Of a stretch of 64,000 bases of DNA, positions 51,379 to 61,560 are shown piece after piece. Positions within the stretch are counted from its first letter, which is position 1. Each line of letters begins with the position of its first letter. The stretch comes from Nitrosopumilus sp. (GTDB lineage Archaea > Thermoproteota > Nitrososphaeria > Nitrososphaerales > Nitrosopumilaceae): positions 1,760,001 to 1,824,000 of the forward strand of contig OZ250186.1 in assembly GCA_965238275.1 (NCBI GenBank). Direction: 5' to 3'. The position numbers were made by a program, and so were the translations under genes. The notes under the pieces were generated by a model that was given only the letters and a program-made list of their open reading frames with translations, had not been told where the DNA came from and did not search any database.

Positions 51379-52591
51379 GGGTGTGTCCTAGAGACATATA
51401 CCCCCGGATGACAAAAGATATGGATCGGCAGATCACGGCATCGCCTAATGACTACAAAGAAACGCGATCAACGACAATACGATTTGGTTCAGCAGTACCT
51501 GTCTGGTCTCATGCTGAATACCGTGCTGGGAATAATCAAGGAGCTTGGGAATCCGTACGCCGTCAGGCCCGGCCTGGGCGGCATGACTGCATATCCGCCT
51601 GGCGCCATGGCAGCTGTCTGCATCATGCTTGAGGCACAGCGCACGACCTACCGTAAGATGGTCGGCATTCTCCGGAATAACGGCACCATGGCAGCCAAGA
51701 TGGGCCTGGACCGGATTCCCTCCAAGAGCACGATAGCGCGCGCCTACGGCCTGATCCCGGAATGGTATCTGGCAGAGGCACACCGGATTGCCATCAGGGA
51801 GGTGGAGGCAGGCTCCCTGGCAGCAGACAGCACCGGATACTCGTACCTGCGGTTTGTCAGGTGGCTTGACGTCAGGACCGACAGTTTTCGCACCAGGAAG
51901 GGATGGGTCAAACTGCACGCAATCGTGGATATCCGCACCAGGGTGATAATCGACTGCATGGTGACAGACAGCGCGGTGGCAGACATAAACGGGTTGTATG
52001 TGATGCTCTGCAGGCTAAGCCGGGGCACCGGCGACTTTTGCCTGGATTCTGCGTATCTGGCAAGGCTCATGTGCAACATGATATCTGCCATGGGAATGGT
52101 GCCCCGCATCAAGCCAAAGTCCAACACCGTACGCAACGCCAAGGGAAGCCAGTCGTGGCGCGAGATGGTGAGCCTGTACATGGATGATCGGGACAAATTT
52201 GATTCGCAGTACCACCAGCGGAGCATCATCGAGGCAGTCTTTGCCGCCCTCAAGAAGATGTACGGGGATGGCACCAGATGCCGAAAACACGAGAACCGGG
52301 CAAATGAGGTTGCGATCCGCATCATGTGCTACAACGTCGAGCTCGTGGCCAGATTGCAGGCAAAAGACGGTAGGCTCACACAGGATCAAATCGCGATACT
52401 TGCAGCGTAACCGGCACGTCTTGACACGCGCCTCCTAGCGGAGCCTCCGCACAGCGTCTTGGATTTGGGGGATTTTATGGGTTGTGGGGGATCGACGGTG
52501 CTGCACTGTTGATGCCGACGGGTTCTGGCACCAATCGTGTCTTTGACATCTTGGCACATGGGATGGCATTTTTTATTACTAGGACACACCC
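51379..52591 (+). mobile_element. IS5-family element
   Basis: TIR GGGTGTGTCCTAG/CTAGGACACACCC; 9-bp TSD GCCATACTC at 51370-78 and 52592-600. Confidence 0.93.
51448..52410 (+). CDS. IS5-family DDE transposase
   Basis: ADSTG, WVKLH, LDSAY, YHQRSIIEAVFAALK. Confidence 0.92.
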   Translation: MTTKKRDQRQYDLVQQYLSGLMLNTVLGIIKELGNPYAVRPGLGGMTAYPPGAMAAVCIMLEAQRTTYRKMVGILRNNGTMAAKMGLDRIPSKSTIARAYGLIPEWYLAEAHRIAIREVEAGSLAADSTGYSYLRFVRWLDVRTDSFRTRKGWVKLHAIVDIRTRVIIDCMVTDSAVADINGLYVMLCRLSRGTGDFCLDSAYLARLMCNMISAMGMVPRIKPKSNTVRNAKGSQSWREMVSLYMDDRDKFDSQYHQRSIIEAVFAALKKMYGDGTRCRKHENRANEVAIRIMCYNVELVARLQAKDGRLTQDQIAILAA

Positions 52592-52640
52592 GCCATACTC
52601 CGAATGGTTAATTAGTGCAGATTTTTGAATTAAACTAGTC

Positions 52641-53234
52641 ATGGGTAGAAAGGAGAGAAGGGCACGCGAAGAGAAGCGCGAGAATTATGCCACAAAGCAC
52701 ACTGCCCAGAAGAGAAAGAACATGCTGATTGCGATCGGCGTCCTAGGAGTAATTACCGCCATCGTAGTCTATGCTGCCTTTATCTTTGTCACATCTACCG
52801 GGGAGACTCCGGGCGGGCCGTCAAACGCAGGGGTAATGGGAAGTGCCCATGATCATGCAGGCATCCTGGTAAAGATATTCAATGACGAGTTCGACTTTTC
52901 AACGACTTCATACCAGATAAAATCCAACTGGATTCACTTCGAGGGAAGGGACGGAACCACTGTCCACAAGCACGCCACGGGAGTAACATTGGGATTTCTC
53001 TTTGAGACACTCAACATTAGACTCGATGACAAGTGCTATGTGTTCCCGGACGGAAGGGAGTTTTGCACCGACGATGAATACGACCTTAGATTCTTCATCA
53101 ATGGCGAGGAGCTTTCAGACATCAGGGACTATGAGATATTCGAGGACGACAGGATTCTAATCTCATATGGCGCCACGCCAGAACAGCTGGAATCCCAGAT
53201 GCTTCAGATAAGCAACCAGGTCATAGTAAAGTAG
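52641..53234 (+). CDS. Conserved membrane-anchored protein
   Basis: Basic N-terminus, TM helix, HDHA and WIHFE..VHKHA motifs. Confidence 0.8.
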   Translation: MGRKERRAREEKRENYATKHTAQKRKNMLIAIGVLGVITAIVVYAAFIFVTSTGETPGGPSNAGVMGSAHDHAGILVKIFNDEFDFSTTSYQIKSNWIHFEGRDGTTVHKHATGVTLGFLFETLNIRLDDKCYVFPDGREFCTDDEYDLRFFINGEELSDIRDYEIFEDDRILISYGATPEQLESQMLQISNQVIVK

Positions 53235-53327
53235 AACTCGGGTGGTAGCAGCATCATGCCACACACGGGGCGGCGGCAGCTGCTTTTGGGACCAAACGGC
53301 ACAAGGCAAATGTAAATATGACATGTC

Positions 53328-55016
53328 ATGGCTGATGCCATCATGGAGATATCCAGCAGGAACGTGGTGGAGGGAACCGCCAGAGCTCCGCACAGGGCCA
53401 TGTACAAGGCCATGGGGCTTGACGACGATGATCTGGCCAAAAAATTTATCGGCGTATGCCATACCGGAAACGAGGCCACGCCATGCAACATCCACCTTCC
53501 AGAACTGGCCCTCAGGGCAAAGGACGGCGTCAGGGATTCGGGGTGCACGCCAAGGGAGTTTTCAACCATAGCGGTAAGCGACGGGATTGCAATGGGCCAC
53601 GAGGGAATGAAGTCATCACTGGTCTCCCGCGAGGTCATTGCAGACTCGATTGAGCTGATGGTCAGGGCGCACCAGTATGACGCGCTGGTGGGAATTGCAG
53701 GGTGTGACAAGAGCCTGCCTGGAACAATGATGGCAATGGCCAGGCTGGACATTCCGTCCGTGTTTGTCTATGGAGGCACCATCATGCCGGGAATGCTTGA
53801 CGGGAAGGAGCTTACAATAGTTGATGTGTACGAGGCGGTAGGGGCATACGATGCAGGCGACCTTACGCTGGAGGGCCTCAAGAGCATAGAGGACGCTGCA
53901 TGCCCAAACGCAGGATCCTGCGGGGGCATGTTCACTGCAAACACAATGGCCTCCATATCAGAGGCCATAGGTCTTGCGCTGCCAGGAAGTGCCAGCCCCC
54001 CTGCAGAGGACAGCCGACGGGGGAAGATGGTGTATGACACAGGGGCCGCATGCGCCAAACTCCTGGATATGAACATAAGGCCCAGTGACATCCTGACATT
54101 TGAGGCCTTTGAGAATGCAATTACAATGCTAAACTCGGTAGGCGGATCGACAAACGGCATCCTTCACCTACTTGCGCTTGCCGGCGAGGTCGGAATAGAC
54201 CTGACGTATGATGACTTTGAGAGGATTCGAAGGAGAACCCCACACCTGGCAGACATGAAGCCGGGGGGAAGCTATGTGATGAACTCGCTGGACAAGATAG
54301 GGGGAATTCCGCTTGTCCTAAAAAAGCTGCTTGAAAAGGGGCTCATCCACGGCCAGTGCATGACTGTAACCGGGAGAACCATCAGGGACAACATCATGCA
54401 GGCAGACATTGCAGAGCCAGAGCAGCGCATTGTAAGACCGGTGACAGATCCCATCCACGCAGAGGGGACTGCACTCATACTAAGAGGGAGTCTGGCACCG
54501 GATGGGGCAGTAATCAAGACGGCAGGCGTGGAAATGTCAGAGTTTACTGGAAGGGCCCGCGTCTTTGACAGGGAAGAGGTAGCATTTGATGCAGTCTCAA
54601 AAGGCATGATAGGCGAGGGGGACGTTGTGGTGATTAGGTACGAGGGGCCAAAGGGAGGTCCCGGAATGAGGGAGATGCTTGCAACCACTGCGGCGCTTGT
54701 AGGGCAGGGACTTGGCAGGAAGGTTGCCATGGTGACTGACGGAAGGTTTTCAGGAGGCACGCGCGGGTTCATGGTGGGCCATGTGGCCCCCGAGGCGTAC
54801 GTGGGAGGAGCAATAGCACTTGTCAGAGACGATGACAGGATTACAATCAACATCAACACCAACACCATCGATCTCCACGTATCCCCTGACGAGATTCAGA
54901 AGAGGAGACGCATGTGGAGTCCCCCAAAACCCAACTACACGACAGGCGCGCTTGCAAAATACGCCACGCTGGTAGGCTCCGCGGCCCAGGGCGCCACAAC
55001 CAGGCCGAACCTGTAA
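53328..55016 (+). CDS. ilvD: Dihydroxy-acid dehydratase
   Basis: PCNIHL, SDGIAMGH, GCDKS, YEGPKGGPGMREML, TDGRFSG. Confidence 0.97.
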   Translation: MADAIMEISSRNVVEGTARAPHRAMYKAMGLDDDDLAKKFIGVCHTGNEATPCNIHLPELALRAKDGVRDSGCTPREFSTIAVSDGIAMGHEGMKSSLVSREVIADSIELMVRAHQYDALVGIAGCDKSLPGTMMAMARLDIPSVFVYGGTIMPGMLDGKELTIVDVYEAVGAYDAGDLTLEGLKSIEDAACPNAGSCGGMFTANTMASISEAIGLALPGSASPPAEDSRRGKMVYDTGAACAKLLDMNIRPSDILTFEAFENAITMLNSVGGSTNGILHLLALAGEVGIDLTYDDFERIRRRTPHLADMKPGGSYVMNSLDKIGGIPLVLKKLLEKGLIHGQCMTVTGRTIRDNIMQADIAEPEQRIVRPVTDPIHAEGTALILRGSLAPDGAVIKTAGVEMSEFTGRARVFDREEVAFDAVSKGMIGEGDVVVIRYEGPKGGPGMREMLATTAALVGQGLGRKVAMVTDGRFSGGTRGFMVGHVAPEAYVGGAIALVRDDDRITININTNTIDLHVSPDEIQKRRRMWSPPKPNYTTGALAKYATLVGSAAQGATTRPNL

Positions 55017-55084
55017 CGAAACGGATCGCCTGCAGTCCAGAACACGGATTGGCGCAGAGGCATGACCGTGTTCGTTTTTCAGCA

Positions 55085-55290
55085 CACAAGGCACGCGGGG
55101 AGTAGCTCCCCATTATTCTTGTGCCGGCACGCTACACAAGCTCGCTCTGTGCGGAATGCGGGGGGAAGGTACGCCTCAGACGCAGACGCAGGATACACTG
55201 CAGGACGTGTGGCACACTCGCAGACAGGGATGAAAACGCGAGTAAGAACACACTCTTTCGTGGCCCCGGGACCCGGGCCAGACTGGGCGC
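55085..55290 (+). pseudogene. tnpB: tnpB 3' remnant
   Basis: HKARGE*LPIILVPARYTSSLCAECG...CRTCG...DRDENASKN (zinc ribbon plus RuvC-III). Confidence 0.75.
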
Positions 55291-55376
55291 ATGTGAGACG
55301 ATGGTGAAGGAATTCCCTGGCGGGGCAGTACGACTAGTCGATGTTTGCTCAATGCAGAAAGGTGCGTATCTGCGCA

Positions 55377-57080
55377 TCAATTACGCATAAGGCCCATTCC
55401 CAAAACGTCGCGGTATGCAGCAGGGATCATCTTATGCGCACGAAACAGGATGGTGTTTACGGCCTTGTCAAGTACGTAGGTCCTCGCCCAGTCATCCTCG
55501 CTCCGAATCGAGCGCCCAAATCCCTGCAACAGCTTGATGAGTGTCTGGGACTGGTACCAGAGGGGAAATCTCTTCATCTTTGCCTGGACCCGATTCTCGG
55601 CGAAGCTTGGATAGGGGATCTTTGCAATGATTTGAAACCGGGACAGATCATCCTTCAGATCCACACCCTCCCACAGGGAGGACGAAAGCAGCACTCCGGT
55701 GGGATCTGTGGCATGCTCGGAGAGTACCTCACTTTGGGTCTTGCCGTTCCTGTTTTTGCTGTGACAGATTCGAACCCTCCGGGCATTCCTAGGAGAGAGG
55801 TTCATTAGAATCTTGTAGCACCTTGGAATCGACGAGGTCAGGATCAGTCCCCGCTGGTCTGAATGGTTCTCAAGAATCTCATCGATGGTCCTGATGACTG
55901 CAAGCTCGTCATCCTCGGTGGAGCGGTAATTGAGCTGCCTGACATTGAGCATCTCTATGCTCCGGTGTTCCATTGGAAACGGGGATCTTGGGGTGTCGAT
56001 AAACGCAACATCCTTGGGATCCATCCCCATGTTCTCACAAAAGCTTGACTTGTCAACTGTTGCAGACATGAACAGCTGGTACTCGGTATCAAAGAACTCG
56101 TTTGTGAATTTTGAGATGTCGATGGGCTTTACGGACAGGGAGTCAAAGCTTCCGTCCTGATGGCGTGCAGGCCTGCCTGCCACAAAGTTGTCCTTGTCCC
56201 TTAGTATGTCAATTCTGGCCTGTGCTGCCCGGTCATACTGCCTTTCAAGCCTGGTCACCAGTTCATAGTCGGGATTGTTCCGGAATGACGGGCTCTCCTT
56301 GACATTCCTGATCTTTTTAGAGTATGACTGGGCAATATCGTCAAGCATTCCCGTTACCGAGTCCAGATCATCCAAGGCATACCGGTCAGGGTTGATTCTG
56401 CATTCCTCAGTCTGCCAGTGGGAGATCTCAACGCCCACAAACTGGATTATCTGGTCCTCTATCTTGTGCGCCTCGTCAAAGATGGACACCTTTCGGTCCA
56501 GGTATGGCTCGAAGAGCTTCTTGTTGTACTTCATTATCTGAAAGAATGAATGATAGTTCCACAGGGAGTGCGGGGATGCCAGCGCATGATACTTTTGCAG
56601 GTAGTAGTGGCACGACCCCGAATCATGCATTCCGGCCACGACATCGGCGATGGCCGGCTTGAACTTGCACACCTCGACGAACTCCTTGCCTTCCTTTACC
56701 CTGCGCTCGACACACTGCCCCTTCTGGCACGTCAGCCCCGCCTGCATGGCCATTTTTGAATCCTCGACCTTCTTTACAGACATGAGTTTGAGGCACGGAA
56801 AGTTCTGCTTTCCCTTTACGGGTTTTAGGAACGGAAGATCCTGGGCATACTGATCCTGAAGGCTCTTTGTAGCCGTTACAATAAACGACCTTCCAAAGTG
56901 TTCAGATACGGTAACGCCGACAAGCGACTTGCCTATTCCCGTGGGCGCGCACAGAAGAATCTTCTTGTATCCAGAACCAATGCTCTGGTCAATCCTAGAG
57001 AGGATCTCCTTTTGAATCTCCCTGGGCACAAACTGCCTTGGAAATTTTGTAATCAGTGACAGGATTTTTGATGTTTGCAT
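55377..57080 (-). CDS. XPD/DinG-like SF2 helicase
   Basis: APTGIGKS, DEAH, SAT, WEGVD, QGFGRSIRSEDD. Confidence 0.9.
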   Translation of the reverse strand: MQTSKILSLITKFPRQFVPREIQKEILSRIDQSIGSGYKKILLCAPTGIGKSLVGVTVSEHFGRSFIVTATKSLQDQYAQDLPFLKPVKGKQNFPCLKLMSVKKVEDSKMAMQAGLTCQKGQCVERRVKEGKEFVEVCKFKPAIADVVAGMHDSGSCHYYLQKYHALASPHSLWNYHSFFQIMKYNKKLFEPYLDRKVSIFDEAHKIEDQIIQFVGVEISHWQTEECRINPDRYALDDLDSVTGMLDDIAQSYSKKIRNVKESPSFRNNPDYELVTRLERQYDRAAQARIDILRDKDNFVAGRPARHQDGSFDSLSVKPIDISKFTNEFFDTEYQLFMSATVDKSSFCENMGMDPKDVAFIDTPRSPFPMEHRSIEMLNVRQLNYRSTEDDELAVIRTIDEILENHSDQRGLILTSSIPRCYKILMNLSPRNARRVRICHSKNRNGKTQSEVLSEHATDPTGVLLSSSLWEGVDLKDDLSRFQIIAKIPYPSFAENRVQAKMKRFPLWYQSQTLIKLLQGFGRSIRSEDDWARTYVLDKAVNTILFRAHKMIPAAYRDVLGMGLMRN

Positions 57081-57119
57081 TCGATATTAAAAGTATGAAG
57101 ATTTGGGGCGTCATGCCGG

Positions 57120-57481
57120 AGGGGTTGCTGGAAAGAAGCTTTGCCGAGCAGAGATTCAATGCAGGCAGGGGATACGACTCGGACAGCAACTGCGAGGCCG
57201 TCTTTGCGCTGGGCATGCTGCCCAACATCAAGCAGAGAATGTATGCAAAGAGCAGGGACAAAAGATTCAGAACAAGGGCCGCAGAGATCTTTGAACCCAG
57301 TACTCACAAGAGACGCGGGATGATAGGGGGGGGATCATTGGGCAGGGGAGACCGAACACCACCAGTTGTACCGTGGGTTCCGGAAGAAAGCAAACCAGAG
57401 GAAATTCGGACTGTTCAATGCAATCGGCTGGAACCCGGAGGTTCTCAACAGGATGGAGTGTACCAAGGAATTGCGACATAG
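57120..57481 (+). pseudogene. IS5-family transposase 3' remnant
   Basis: RGYDSDSN...PNIKQR...HKRRGMI with frameshifts. Confidence 0.6.
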
Positions 57482-57506
57482 CATAATATATGCATAAGTC
57501 GATTTA

Positions 57507-58795
57507 CAGTCTTCCCAGAAGTGACTCAGGGTAGTACCGGCGGTGGGGGCTCGGGCGGCTCTTTGTAGCCAAATACGATCAGCAACAGCATCATATCCCG
57601 AAGATCCTGCTGGGTGATCAGGGGATCCGTGGGATAAATCCCGATACGGTGCATCAGTGTCGCGTTTGCCATTACCCATGCGTTAAAGACGGTTACAGAG
57701 TACACAAAGCACAGTAGTCGCGCCGCCGGATTCTTGCTGTGCGTCTTGGCCCTTGTGTTTTCTATCATCCGGTATCCAGTCTCTATGCCCCACCTGTTCC
57801 CGTACGAGTCCGGATCCACGTCGGGTGCGTTGGTGGCAAACCCGATGTATCTCTCGTGTGGTAGCAGCTCGCCGTCGTCCTTTCTTTTCTTCTTCTTCCT
57901 TTCTGTGATGGTCATCGTGTACGGCACCTCCTTGCCGTCGCCCCCGGTGATGACGGATTCAGAGACCCGACTGCGTTTGCCTGCCGCAAACTCTGCGATG
58001 GCATCCACCACCGGATCTGTGTTCTTGCACGGCACCATGTATTTGATGCCCATGTCCCCAAGCGTTCCCATTACGCCTGCCGTAAAGAACTCCCTGTCAA
58101 GCATCGCCATCCCGATGCAGGCTCCCGCATCCTGCGCAATACCGATGATTTTACGCACGAAATCGGCAGTATCCTCGAGTGACGGCATGTCCAGGACGCC
58201 TAGCACGAGGCGACGGTTCTGGTCAATGCACTGTATCGTGATGTACCTCTCAAAGATGTGCGTCCCGTCCTTGGCTTTTGAGCGCACCAGCTCTACCCCG
58301 TATCTCTTGTCGTATCTGGGTATCAGGTGCATGTCGATTGCCACGTCAATCTCCTGGCCTTTCTTGAGTAGTCTCATCTCGCGCAGCTGGCCAATCTGCA
58401 GGGACACCGTCCTGGCAAAGCATTTGTAGATGTCGCTGCCACGCGTCTTGGATGCCACGTCGCGCATCCACTCGTCACTTGGGCGTGAGTCCCCGTCTGC
58501 ACTGCCGATTCTTTTGGAGGATCTGGCGCATCCGGCTACCTGCCTGCCGTGTGCGCACGCGCCTGCCATGCTCCTGTGAAAATCCTCGGTGCCGTAGATG
58601 ACGTTGTACCTGCGTGAGACCACGATGCATGGAGACATGCCGATCCCTACCGTGTCTAGGACACCTTGATATATGCGCGGGTTGTTAAGCATGTCACGTC
58701 TCAGTTGGTTCATTGGTTGTTCGATGACCTTCTGGGACTGCCCTAATTGATCTGTTGTGGTTTTGGGTTGTTTTCAGGCACTTCTGGGAAGACTG
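57507..58795 (-). mobile_element. ISH3-like (IS4-superfamily) element
   Basis: 17-bp TIR CAGTCTTCCCAGAAGTG; 5-bp TSD ATTTA at 57502-6 and 58796-800. Confidence 0.9.
57526..58713 (-). CDS. ISH3-like DDE transposase
   Basis: AIDMH, LDREFF, YGNRWGIETGYR. Confidence 0.9.
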   Translation of the reverse strand: MNQLRRDMLNNPRIYQGVLDTVGIGMSPCIVVSRRYNVIYGTEDFHRSMAGACAHGRQVAGCARSSKRIGSADGDSRPSDEWMRDVASKTRGSDIYKCFARTVSLQIGQLREMRLLKKGQEIDVAIDMHLIPRYDKRYGVELVRSKAKDGTHIFERYITIQCIDQNRRLVLGVLDMPSLEDTADFVRKIIGIAQDAGACIGMAMLDREFFTAGVMGTLGDMGIKYMVPCKNTDPVVDAIAEFAAGKRSRVSESVITGGDGKEVPYTMTITERKKKKRKDDGELLPHERYIGFATNAPDVDPDSYGNRWGIETGYRMIENTRAKTHSKNPAARLLCFVYSVTVFNAWVMANATLMHRIGIYPTDPLITQQDLRDMMLLLIVFGYKEPPEPPPPVLP

Positions 58796-58870
58796 ATTTA
58801 CGCAACAATTCTCCTGTTCCAGAGATAAAACAGGATATAAAAAGGAAAACGATTAATTCAAGATACGTGC

Positions 58871-59050
58871 ATGAAAGTCATGCATCAATGCTATTATTGT
58901 GAACAGCTGTTCGAATCAAAGGAAAAGTTGTACGAGCACCTAGAGGTACACTCAGATAACGACAGAGACAGGGAAGCAGAGAACAGAGACAAGGGTGTGG
59001 AGAGTAGAAAGAAGAGTACCAAGACAAAAGGCAAAACCAAGACAAAGTGA
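58871..59050 (+). CDS. Small C2H2 zinc-finger protein (59 aa; missing from ORF track)
   Basis: HQCYYCEQLFESKEKLYEHLEVH then basic tail. Confidence 0.8.
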   Translation: MKVMHQCYYCEQLFESKEKLYEHLEVHSDNDRDREAENRDKGVESRKKSTKTKGKTKTK

Positions 59051-59083
59051 TTTATTCAGAAGGCATGTATGGGATGGTTCCAG

Positions 59084-59623
59084 TCATGGGGTTCTCAGCC
59101 CTGCAAAGACTGCGTCGTACTCTGACTGCCTTTTGGGGTTGTGGCCAAAGTCCGTATCTGCATCATACTTTTGGCGCCTCTGCTCGAGGGTGTTTTTCAG
59201 GGACTCGGCATCGCCTGCAATCATCCGTCCCGAGTCAGACCTGGCAAACTGCTTTCTCTGCTCCTCGTTTTGCCCCCGTGTTGGAAACGCCCTTCCGTCA
59301 AACCTGTGCCGTACCATCCCAATATTCTCTCGGACCACCAATTCTGCCAGATCAAAGTGTCCCTGCTCATGCCGCAACAGGCTGGCATCGGATTGGGATA
59401 TTCTGACCCATGACAGCTGCCTGTGAAACTCTACGGAGATCTGTATGTCCCGTACGATAAACACGACATCGCCTCCAACCTGCTCAGAGTCCACCACCCA
59501 TGTAGGCCTGTACCGGATTATGCTGTGCGAATCCTCATAGACTGAAGGGTTGGACTCTGCCTTGAAGTCAGACCACGAAAGAAACGAGTCCTTGGACCAG
59601 ACAACTATGTCATTCTCACTCAT
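59084..59623 (-). CDS. DUF922-like putative zinc protease
   Basis: LSWSDFK, LLRHEQGHFDLAE, YDADTDFG. Confidence 0.8.
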   Translation of the reverse strand: MSENDIVVWSKDSFLSWSDFKAESNPSVYEDSHSIIRYRPTWVVDSEQVGGDVVFIVRDIQISVEFHRQLSWVRISQSDASLLRHEQGHFDLAELVVRENIGMVRHRFDGRAFPTRGQNEEQRKQFARSDSGRMIAGDAESLKNTLEQRRQKYDADTDFGHNPKRQSEYDAVFAGLRTP

Positions 59624-59992
59624 GACCCAGATTCATTTTGAGCTTGAACCGCTTATATGGCTTTGCCGGCGACTCGAAATCTGTCAGGACATGCAGATTC
59701 GACAAGCAATCATCATGCCCGGTTTGGCCGACAGCCGACGTATGTGCATCCGGCTCATGATCGGCAGCAGACACAAGACAGACCGATCCCCTTAACATGG
59801 CCGTACCTGCCGCAGACCGAATCCCGGCAGCGGGTGATAATTCAGGGCGAACCCTTTTCAGGCTGCAGACAGCACCATCATGTCCTGATTGCAGCGGTGT
59901 CTACAGTCACACTACAGCGAAACGCCAGCCGTGGAGGCTGCCAACCGGTGCCAGACTCCAAACTATTAATCCCGTGCATCCAGACACACATC

Positions 59993-60070
59993 ATGAACAG
60001 CAGGTTTTATTTCTGGATGGGGATCTCGATAGCCGCATTAGCTGCAGGATTCATCATACTGTTTTCATGA
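59993..60070 (+). CDS. Possible 25-aa single-TM microprotein
   Basis: MNSRFYFWMGISIAALAAGFIILFS; AT-rich TATA-like box ~25 bp upstream. Confidence 0.4.
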   Translation: MNSRFYFWMGISIAALAAGFIILFS

Positions 60071-60474
60071 CACTGTTTCAGGATGCCCTGCCGGCAGGCG
60101 CGCCTCTGCATGCATGGACTAACTCCCGAATCATTCGGACACGCCCTGACGAGTACGACGCAGCGCATGGGGGCATTACCCGGGCAGGATTATTGCCATA
60201 GTTTTCAGTTTGATTTTTTGTTCACGGACCCGTCCCATGTCAGGCCCGAACGCGCAGTCAGCACCACGCGTGCCAGGCCAGGGAGTGCACAGTCACATGC
60301 CAGGACCGATACTGCCACAAGCATGTGCTCTGACTTTAGCACGGTTCACATTCATCCGGATGCAGTCATGATTCTGCATACGGCAGCAGAATGGTTCTGA
60401 GAGGACTTCAAAGATGCCTGTGCGGGCCGAATCACAATAAATCAGCTAAAATACTAGAACGAATTGAAAGATGC

Positions 60475-60825
60475 ATGGAAGGCAGGAGGCCGTTTAAAGG
60501 ATACAGGCGAAAGGAGTCGTTCCTTACCATCGAGCAAAAGGTCGAACAGTTTGTGCTGAGAAACTCCAGAAACGGTTTCTTTACCAGAATCTCAACAGTC
60601 CAAAGCAAGTTTGAGGTTTCAGAGGAAAGGACATGGGAGATTGTAGGTGAATTGCTGGCAAACGGCTCACTGGAATCCACGCACGATCCCGGTACAGGAG
60701 AGATGAAGCTCTGCGAGATAGACAAGACGTATTCAATAATGGGCACAAAACGAAGGAAGCAGAAATATGACAAGAGGGGTTCAAAGAAACCCTCCCCAAA
60801 ATCAGGCTCTGGCCTCACGCGATAA
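60475..60825 (+). CDS. Conserved hypothetical protein (winged-helix-like)
   Basis: Start chosen at MEGRR; helical core, basic tail. Confidence 0.65.
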   Translation: MEGRRPFKGYRRKESFLTIEQKVEQFVLRNSRNGFFTRISTVQSKFEVSEERTWEIVGELLANGSLESTHDPGTGEMKLCEIDKTYSIMGTKRRKQKYDKRGSKKPSPKSGSGLTR

Positions 60826-61327
60826 CTCAGGCGGAACCGCCGTCAGGACTACTCGTGACGCATGCCAGGCAGGCTATGGAACCGGACTTTCGCCGTGTTT
60901 GCCGGCGGGGGATGTATCAGCACATGCCAGGCAGGGTGCAAATCCTACACATTCGGGATGATTGATGGCGGGCATGTATCTGTGACACACAATGTATCTT
61001 TATTGAACATTTGATTGGTTAATATAAATATTCTATATGGTTGTTTAGAAATTTATCCAAACAGTTTATCAACTGTCTCATGCAACATATGTTATGAGGG
61101 GAGTAGAGATTATCAGAAACATACGTGAAAAGTGCCAGTCATGCATGCAGGCATCAGTGTATTGTGACTGCATATGTTCCTATTGCGGCAGTAAGGAATA
61201 CTGCGAATGCGACGCGCTGCCGCAGCCGATCCTGCCATAATTTTTTTGCGTGGCGGGCAAAATTTTGAGTCAGCGGCTAGAAAAAATTTACCCCTGCTGT
61301 GTAATATCAACTGGGTAAGCATATCTC

Positions 61328-61540
61328 ATGTCTATAATGGAGGCGTACGATTTCAAGGCACGAAAAAAGGTGCCAATAAAAGACCCACAGCCATACCTCA
61401 TGAACAACGGCATGTGGGCAATCAGGGGCACTAGCTCTGAGACTGGAACAACGGTGTTTAGAATTGTCGGAAAGACAAAACCGTCACTGCAACAGTCAAG
61501 ATTCGGTGCATTCAAGAAGATCTTTACGAGCCAAAGATGA
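61328..61540 (+). CDS. Small basic protein (DUF5679-like)
   Basis: MEAYDFKARKKV...AIRGT...GTTVFRIVGK. Confidence 0.65.
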   Translation: MSIMEAYDFKARKKVPIKDPQPYLMNNGMWAIRGTSSETGTTVFRIVGKTKPSLQQSRFGAFKKIFTSQR

Positions 61541-61560
61541 GAATGCGCAAAATCATGCTA

